A stretch of DNA of 64,000 bases from a virus. Taxonomy: Duplodnaviria; Caudoviricetes. Made by a program: the position numbers and the translations under genes. Positions 36,901-45,900 of this stretch are shown here, piece by piece. The DNA lies in the IMG/VR virus record IMGVR_UViG_3300033067_001837, positions 1-64,000 of that record. One strand, 5' to 3'. Position 1 is the stretch's first letter. Every line of letters begins with the position of its first letter. A model generated the notes under the pieces. The model did no database searches and was not told the DNA's origin. It saw nothing but the letters and a program-made list of their open reading frames with translations.

Positions 36901-39900
36901 GCGCCGGGTCTTGCGCCAACAAACGCAGGGCGGTCGTAACAATCTGAGGTTGTGGAGAATTAACGGTAGGCTCGATGATAGATGGGAGACTGTCAGAGCT
37001 AATGGACGGTAGGATAATCGGCTTTGGTTCAAACCCGCTGGCCGTCATCAGTTCTGGTTTCAGCAACGCTACCCAGCTTTCGCCGCCACTGGTGACATCC
37101 ACAGCGTCATAACCAGCGTCCAAAATCAGTTGAGTCAGTTCTGCTGTTAGCTCATCGCTTTGCTGTCCCCAAGTTTCGTCGGTAATCCCGATATTCAGAG
37201 CCGCCTGCTTGTTCAGCCGAATCCATGCGCTATCCGTAGACTCAATGGGCTGAAAGATGACTTCATCTTCCTGCAAGATCGGCAACACTTCTTCGTTGAC
37301 TATCAACGGATTGAGCGGTTGGCGATACTGAATTTTCTTGGTTTTCCCTAATGAGAAGAACGAAGCCGTCCCTTTCTTCTTGGCAATATACACGCCATGG
37401 CCTTCCGTGGCTCCGAAGCTGGGTCCGCCCTCTGGCATGACGCCACGATACCCGGTAACTTGGGGCTGTTGATCGTAAGCGTGTTCTTCCTGCCAGCGTT
37501 TAAATAACTGCTCTCCTTTCAGATGTACCCACTCTCGATCTGCGGCAGGAGTTCCGGTATACAGTCGCTGACCGTTCGGCGCATCAGCGACCCAGGCACC
37601 GTTGTTCTGGTAGACCTTAACCGGCGACTCCAGAACCTGCAACTCGGTCGTCCCGTACTGAATGGCACGATATCCGCGTTGACGCGCTTCCTGGGCCACC
37701 AGGGTATCCATGGCTACACCCATCGCTTGATAGGGGTCGCCGGGGAGTTCTAACTCAGCGACCTTTTTCAGCCAGTCCGTTTTCGGGAACCATTTACTTG
37801 CTAATGCTTCGGATGGCAACCCTTCAAACGCCTCGACTTCGCTTTCCGGCACCACCAGTAACTCATTGGGCTGGAAGGTGAAGGTGTTTTCCACCATATC
37901 CGGCTGCGCGTCGGCATCCAGGAAGTAGAAGGTGCCTGCCTGAATCGCTCCGGTAGCCGGGCTACTGACTTTACGGTAAGCGGTTACTCGATTTCCTCCA
38001 ATAGTGACGGACGCTTTCTTTGCGGCGTTCATCGCGGCCCGACTAAACAGCGGTTGGCCCTGCATGACCGACGCTACCATGTCGGGTGTAATGTCGATAC
38101 TATGAACCGACTCTATCGCATTCACAGTGTTAATCTTGGTCTGACCGACCTGAGTGCCCCACTTCTTGATGTACTTATTGATTTCGTTAGGGATCGTCTC
38201 ATTATACAGACGCTTTAAAAATTTATCTCCACCCCCTTTGTACCTTTTTGATTGCTGCTCACCCGTTGTCCAAGCAACTTTATCATACCCGTTTTCTGTT
38301 GCGTATCTCAGCATCCGCTTAAAGACAAGACCGGCCCAGCCGGAAAGAGTCTGTCCAGACCCTGTAATAGTTTGCTTAAAGGGAGCATTAGGGACTCCAT
38401 CTGCAATCTCATTTGCATCTTGTGCTGCTAATGCGATAGCTTCTTCTGGAGAATAAGCGAGATAGTGTACTTCACGTCCGGCACTTCTTCCTTCTGCGTC
38501 AGTTACATAATAGTTATGTTTGTTTTCTGGGGGTGCATTTGGGTTGGAATCAATAGCCGTCCATCCAGTTGTATCTGTTGTAAGTAATATATACCCCCTA
38601 TCCTTCCCCTCCTGATGTCTCTTGCTTTGAATCTCCTCAATAAACAATACCTGCTTTCCATTTTCATCAGTACGATCATTAAACCTTACCCATGCAATAG
38701 CCCGCCCATCTGCTATATCACCATAATGTGTTTCGTCTGTAGTATAGGGTTCAATGTTGGGATTTGTTATAACTAACTCCCGTTGATTTTTTCCACCAGG
38801 TAAAGTCCATTTTGTATTTCTATTTTGGCTGAGCTTGTATTCATTTATTAACTCAGGATAACGCTTTTCTAGAGCATCGTAATGATACGATCCATCTACA
38901 TAATTATTATTTTCATCAAAAATTTCCCAAAAACCTGTATCAACCCTATACTTTACTCTATTACTTGGAATTCCAAACTCAGTTTCTTCCACCTGAATCT
39001 CATTGCTCCGCACAAACGCCAACACATCCTCTTTCGGCACCAGCGTTTTCTGTCCGCGCAGCCATTCCAGCGTTCCCGTCCAGTCCAGTTCTTCCTGCTT
39101 CACCTGGCCTTTCTTCACCAAGTTTTCCAGGATCGACGCCCATTGCGGGCCAGGCGCTTTCTTTTGCGAAAGGTCGTTAATAACCTTGGATAATCCCGAA
39201 TAGAACATCGGATTCGGCTGATCACCGCGTGAAATCGCCGCTTGATCCGCAATCTGCACGTCACCCCGAGCCGCCTTTCGTACCCCGGCCTGCGCCCAGT
39301 TCACCAGATCTTCCAGGGTCAGCTTAGACGCATTGATCGGGTAGCCGCGCTGAATGAACCAGCCACGCATAGTGTTGACCAGTCGCCGTAGGAAATCGGC
39401 GATCTTCGGGCTGATGGTCTTAGCGACCCACTCAATGAACTTCCCGTCTGCTACCTGGAAGTCCGCTAAACGGCCCTGAGAGACCGCTTCTTCTACCAAG
39501 TAAGCGGTGTACTCCTTGGGATCGTTCGTGGCACCAGCGGCCTCCAGGCGGGCATACACGCGATTTAGGAATTGACGTAGCGCCGGATTCTTCTCCTGCG
39601 CCGGATTCTTCACCAGTTTCATCGCCGCCGCGTCAACATCGGCCTGTTGCTGGCCGTGAATCATCTCATGCAGCAGTACACTGGGCGCAGCTTCGGTAGA
39701 TAGATTCGGGAGAACCGCAAAGGTTAAACCGCTGCGGGGATCGAATATTCCAACCAATCGGCCATTACCACGAATTTCTTGAATAGCATCATCTTGTTGA
39801 CGCCCAGTCTTCTCCGCAAACACCCGTGCAATATCATCAACTTCTTTCGAGTTAATCAGCACCAGCCCGCCTTTCTGGCCTTTCTCGCCACGCGCTAGTA

Positions 39901-42900
39901 TCTTATCCAGCGCACCTGACAGGTGTGGGAATCGTTCACGGATGGCAGCAACGAATCCGGACTTTGACAGACCGGGGGCCGTGGCCTTAGTGCGAGATGC
40001 CTGAGCGCGTTGTCCCAGAATGTTATCCGCCGTCAAGCGACGGGTGGTGTCAGTGATTGCTCCTTTCACCACTGCCTGCTGATTATTCAGGCGTTCTTGC
40101 AGAATCTTCGCCCAACGGAAATCAAAGTCATCGGGCATATTATTGGCGAATAGCCAATGCACGTTCGCCTGGGATTTCAGACCGTACCGGGCGATGCGCC
40201 CGCTCACCTGTTCGAACTCAGACGCTTTATAAGGAATCGCGACGTTGTATTGGAAGGATGGACGGTTTCCGGTGGTATCATGCAGTGACAGCCCGGTTCC
40301 GCCCTTCGCCATTGTCGCAATCAAAATGCGGGGGCCAGTATTGGCTTGTTTCCAACTTTCACGATTCGTTGTGTTCTTCTGAGCGGTCAGCGCCCCAGTA
40401 TATTCCGCCACTGAACCTTTACCGAAAACAGGTTCAAGTAGTTCCATCATTGTTTTCACCGGCGATTCCAGCCGAGTCACCATGTCAGCGTTTTTAAACG
40501 CCTGTGCCATGTAGCGAGAATAAGCCGAAAAAAGTCCTTGGTTTTCAATGATCTGGTAAGGCATCCCGTCTGGTGAGAATTTAGTGACTTCCACCATTGC
40601 GCCCAAGGTGGATTTCCATTTATTCTCCAACTCCAGCATGTCGTCAATCGTAAACTGTTTATTTCTGATTTGATTAATCAGATACTTTAATGCGCCAATG
40701 GCTTGCGGTTTGTCGCCTTTAAATTTTTCGTTAGCTACTGCGGATAAAATGTCTGACCTTTCACCATTAATAGCCGCGTTAATTTTTGCTATAATCCGCT
40801 TTTCACCGGTGTCATCTGTAACATCATTCCAGATACCAAATGTACCTAATTCTAATGGAGCTTTTGCGCTCAAAAACACGACAGCCTTATTCGCCGGATT
40901 AGCTTGTAGGTCTTGTTCAATCATTCGCGCTGTGGGGGCCAGCTTACCGAACTCCGCTAACCGTTTTTTAGTATTTTCACGCTGCATCTTGATCATATCT
41001 TTAATGGGTGCCGCCTCTTCAGAGGGGTCAGCCATTGCCGCGTCAAACACACCAATAATCGGATTGTAGTACTTTTCGTAGAATTCGGCATCAATCGCAA
41101 CCGGCGTTAGATGGGTAATGCTCGCTTCCCGTCCGTCCGGTAAAGAACCAAGTTCAATCGGGCGATGAGACATTAAGTTACGGTCAACGAACCATTGGCG
41201 GGCTTTTTGTCCGGCTTCAAGCTGTTCAATCATAAACTCCAATTGAGCCGCTTCAAATAAACGAATACTGGCTAACCGTTCTTCTTGGCTGAGTTTTGGG
41301 TCAGCAATAAAGGTCGGTGAAGCGGGCCATTTAATAGTTAAACGAGGTTCGGCATTCCTTTTCTTGCGATCCTTGGTCAACTGAATATCTGCGCCATGTT
41401 CAATCGCCCAAATTTGGAAACCGTTTAGCGGTAAATCTTTATAGAGGATATTCTCACGCTTGGCGAGTTCGTCATAATCACTAAACAAACCACTATTAGC
41501 GAGGTATTCAGATTCACTAGGGGTTTCAAATGGGGTAGCGCTGGAATAGAAGGTAAACTTGGCGCGGCGCATTAATTCTCCGGCGTTGTTTGCGCCTTCG
41601 CTGCCGTCGATAATGTTTTTAACCTTATGGGCTTCATCAAAAATCAGAACCGTATCCTTATTAACCACAATCCGTTGCTCATCTTCACCGCCAAACTCAA
41701 TCGTACTATGGCTTTTATAGTGAGTAACTCTGGCATTGCGCGGATTTTGAATACGGGCGTAGGTAATAATATCGACTCGCGGATCATTAATCCCATAATC
41801 CGGTAAATCCTGCTGACGGACTTGGTCAATCAAAGCATTGCTGTTGGTAAAGTACAACACTCGAGCATCCGGGGAGCGCGCCAGAATTTCCTTAATTAGT
41901 CCACCGATCACAAATGTCTTACCACTACCAGGATCGGAAGACAGCATAAACGCCGGTTTCTTCTCGTAATTCGCTAATGCCTTACCAATATCTTCGATCT
42001 GCCAGTCTACCACCTGGCGCGGCATAAACTCTAATCCGCGTTCGATAAGACCAACGGTGTCCTGGCTAACTTGGCTGCGATAATCTTTTGTACGGGGAGA
42101 TTCAGTCCCCATGCTGACTCGATCACCTGATCCGGTATCTCCACGAGCGAGAGTTCGGATTCTTCCGCGTAACTGGTCAAGTACTGCATTACTGCTTGCT
42201 CGACGAGTTCCGGTTGCTCCTGTTTCAGTAAATATAGTTCCTCGGGAGACAGGGATTCCGAGGTTTTGGGCAATGGCATAAGCAAGTCCTTCTTGAATGG
42301 CTTGTTGGCGATATTCGACATCCGTCACCATACGATTCGCAATTTTCTTTATTTGCGATTGTATCGGCACACTGAAAGGATCGGATTTTAAATACTTATG
42401 AAAGATCGCCTCAACAAAAGCCGTGGTTTTATTCTTGAACGGCCCGAACGCATAGGTTTTTTTATCAAAGCGAGGACGGAAATAGAAGCCGGTTTCCTTG
42501 TCAAAATGGCGGGGTTGGTTCCATGGAGCTAATTCAGAATTTACTAAAATAGGTATCGTTTCGTTAGTTTCCGGCAACGTCACTAATACGGCATCGCCCA
42601 CGGAAAACGCCCATTCCCATTGACGATTTATAGTGGTTTCGACACCCCGTTCCTTGAGAATTTCCGCAACCGTTTTCGGAGCAACAACGGCTTCGGTAGC
42701 AGGAGCAGATGTGGGTTTCGTGGCTGGAGGTACGACCGTTTCAGCCTGCATGTCTTCAATAAAACGAACGACATAGGGCTGCATCCGCTTAACCATTTCT
42801 GGGTCTTTAAAGCGATCCAGCAACGCCCGGATCACCAGGCGCATCGCTTCACGAATATCCTCAGCGGCATTTTTGAAGTGAGCGATAGCCGATTGAAACA

Positions 42901-45900
42901 GCGGCTTAGCCTTGGCGTAAGTTTCCTCATCGAACGTCGGATTCATGGACAACCGACCATTCCCGCCAAATAATTCGGCCAGCGCATCCAGGGTATCGCT
43001 CAGACCTTTAGCGGTTTCACGAATAGCAGAAGCTGCAACTTGTCCAGCAGTCGGTTGTGGCTCGGGGGTAGGGGCAGGTTTGGGTTGTTTTTCATCCTGA
43101 TCTTTTGCGACCTCTTGATTAAGCAGGTCATCAAACATGGCATTAAGATCGGTTTCCGCTAGTGTTGGTGCAACGTCTTTCGGGGTAGCTTTAGGCGATT
43201 CAGTCGGTTTAGGCGCTTTAGCTTCTTTAGGCGGTGGGTTTAAAATGTCATCTGCATTCGGCAAATTCTCGGTTTCCAGAACCTCATCAGCTTCGGCATC
43301 CGGCACCGCATTTTCCTGTGGCGGTTGCGCCATAAGTAGCGTCTCTCCATCCGGGAAGGTCACGGTTTCCAGAGTATAGTATTTCAGCGCATCCTGGGCG
43401 GCGGGCGAGAGTTGCGACTTGAGACGCTCCAGGTCTTCGGCGATAAACGACTCGTTATTCTCAATCGACTCTTCATAATAAGTGAGTGTTATTTTATCGC
43501 TTTCGGGAATAACCTTATCATTTGACGCAGGTGTGGGTTCTTGGAAAGATTCAGCAAACAAATCGTCGTTCGTATTAACCGAAGCATCTTTAGCGTTTTT
43601 ACGAATTTGCTCATAGATCGATTTTATATCTTTTGTTGGGGTTCCTAGTCTCCGAAGTTCTGCTTTCGGGTCAGCTTGTTGCGTACCAAATAACTGCCAA
43701 AAACCAATCTGTGCTTCTGTCAATGCCGCTGCATTCGTTTTCGTCAGCGGATCATACGGACGAATCTCCCAACGCCATTTTCTACCTTCAACTTCTGCGT
43801 TGTAATGACGCACCGGCTGTTGTAGGTGCTCATCCAGTGCCTGCGCCAGTTTTTCCTGGTACTGATTTTCGCGATCCTGTTCAGCGTTTCGTGCTTGAGC
43901 AACCGCTGCATAAATCCGTTTACCACCGCCCCGATTCTTGGGTGCGTAGTCCGTGAGCGCTTGACGCAACGCTGCCAGCATGGCATTGGCATTATATCGG
44001 TTAGTTTCCCCGATCTGGTAAGTGTATTCCAGGCGATTATCGGGATCATTAAAGACCGGGTAATTATCTTGAGAGAGCGCTTCAGCCATTCCGTCCAGAG
44101 AAAGCCCGAACTCGGAAAATACATAGCGCATTTTACCATCGATATTACCCAACAGCAGGTTCTTATTGCCGTTCAGATCAATGTGTTCTTGATTGATAAT
44201 TTCGGAATCCAGACCGCCAAGCTTGCTGATCGCCAGCAGAAGATCGTCGGTTTCTGGATTCGGCGGTTCTACTACGGGAGCAGAGGGCGGACGACTTGCA
44301 GGAGTCCCTGATCCCACTCCGCTACTGGGCGGTGGATTAGGTTGTCCACTTGCTCCGGTGTCAGGTTTTCCAGTTGCCCCTGGAGTTGCAGGAGCAGCAG
44401 CAGGGCGCGGCGTTGAACTGGGTTGAGTTCTGGCAGGGTTGAGCTTGGCGGCTCCATCTTCATTCGCATAAACTCCTAAAATTTCGTAGCGTTCACCGAC
44501 TGGTAAAATTACCAGTGGCGTAATGGTTTGAATGTCTTGATAGATTCGATGCGCTTCACCCATTGCCATATCATTCGGCAACTCTTTATGTCCCCACCAG
44601 GGCGCATCGGTATAGATGATATGGTTGCCTGCCGCTTTGGCGCGAGCTAAAGCATCCCGAACTTGCCGATAGGTTTCAATCGGAACCAAATCTTGACCAT
44701 TATAGCTATTCGTACCATAGTACGGTGGATCATAAATCGCAAGAACATGAGCGCCAGTTTGTTGAGTTACCTGAAAACTATCTCCAGTATGTACAATAAT
44801 TTTGAAGTTAGGCCGGGTTTTCTTAATTTGTTCGATATTGTTTTGTATGCCATTAATATTATTAGAAATTACCCTAACAGCATTATCGTACAGTATATTG
44901 ACTTTAGCTGAATAATCTTCACCGGCTTGTATTCTATTCGGTGTCTGTTTATTACCTTGGTCAATTATCGCCTGTAAAACCGCTCGCAATTCATCTTGTG
45001 AAGCAGGAATGGAATCTAAAATGCCACTCAAATTGCGCGCTAAAGTTGCTTGTGAAAGTAAGCGAACACTGCCTTTTTCGTCACGTCCAGCCGCTTGGCT
45101 CTTAACCGCCATATCATTCAGTAATTGAGTAACTTGCGGTTCTGTGTTGCGGATATGACCCGCAATTTCAATAAATCGATCTGCGGTGATGCGGTTTTGG
45201 TTAACACTACCGTCAGGGTTAACACCCGCAAACATTTGAATTTTTTTGGAGCGATCTTCATTTAATTCATATAAATGAATCTCTTGGGTATTGATCGCAA
45301 CGCGAGCGGCAACCGCTAATCCCCATCCGCCACTGCCGCCGAAATAATCATGAATCGTGGTAATCGACGGAATTACGCCACGTAATTGATACCGAAAATA
45401 AGGAAATGCGACTTGCGCAACCTTCCGCTTCCCACCTTGGAAAGTCGGAATACCGTTTGCTGCGCTCAAGTCATCTTTAACAAGATTACCCTTTGTCGCT
45501 TCCTTGAGTTGCGGGTTTTGTTGTTCAAATTCTTGTACCACCTCATGCATCCAGGGTGGTGTCATTGATTTAGGTGAAGCGCCTTTACCGTCTTCCGTAG
45601 GAATAATGAGTTCGTAATTCGACAGACGATCTTTGGCGGTTTTCGGAACTTCTATTTTCGCATCTTTTGTGGGAGACGTTGTTGGGGTTTCTGCTGCCGA
45701 CGCTGTGGGCGTTGCAGTAGAACTAGCCGCTTTTTGTGCAGATGGTGTTACTGTCTTCTTTCCCTGCTTCTTGGCAGTCTCTACCGTCTGAGTATGCAGC
45801 GATTCAGTGAGTTCCGGCTCACCAACGATCCGCGCAATCCGGTTCCAGATCGGCAAGCTATGTTCCCACGGCAAGAACGGATGAGTCGCGTGAGCCGTGT

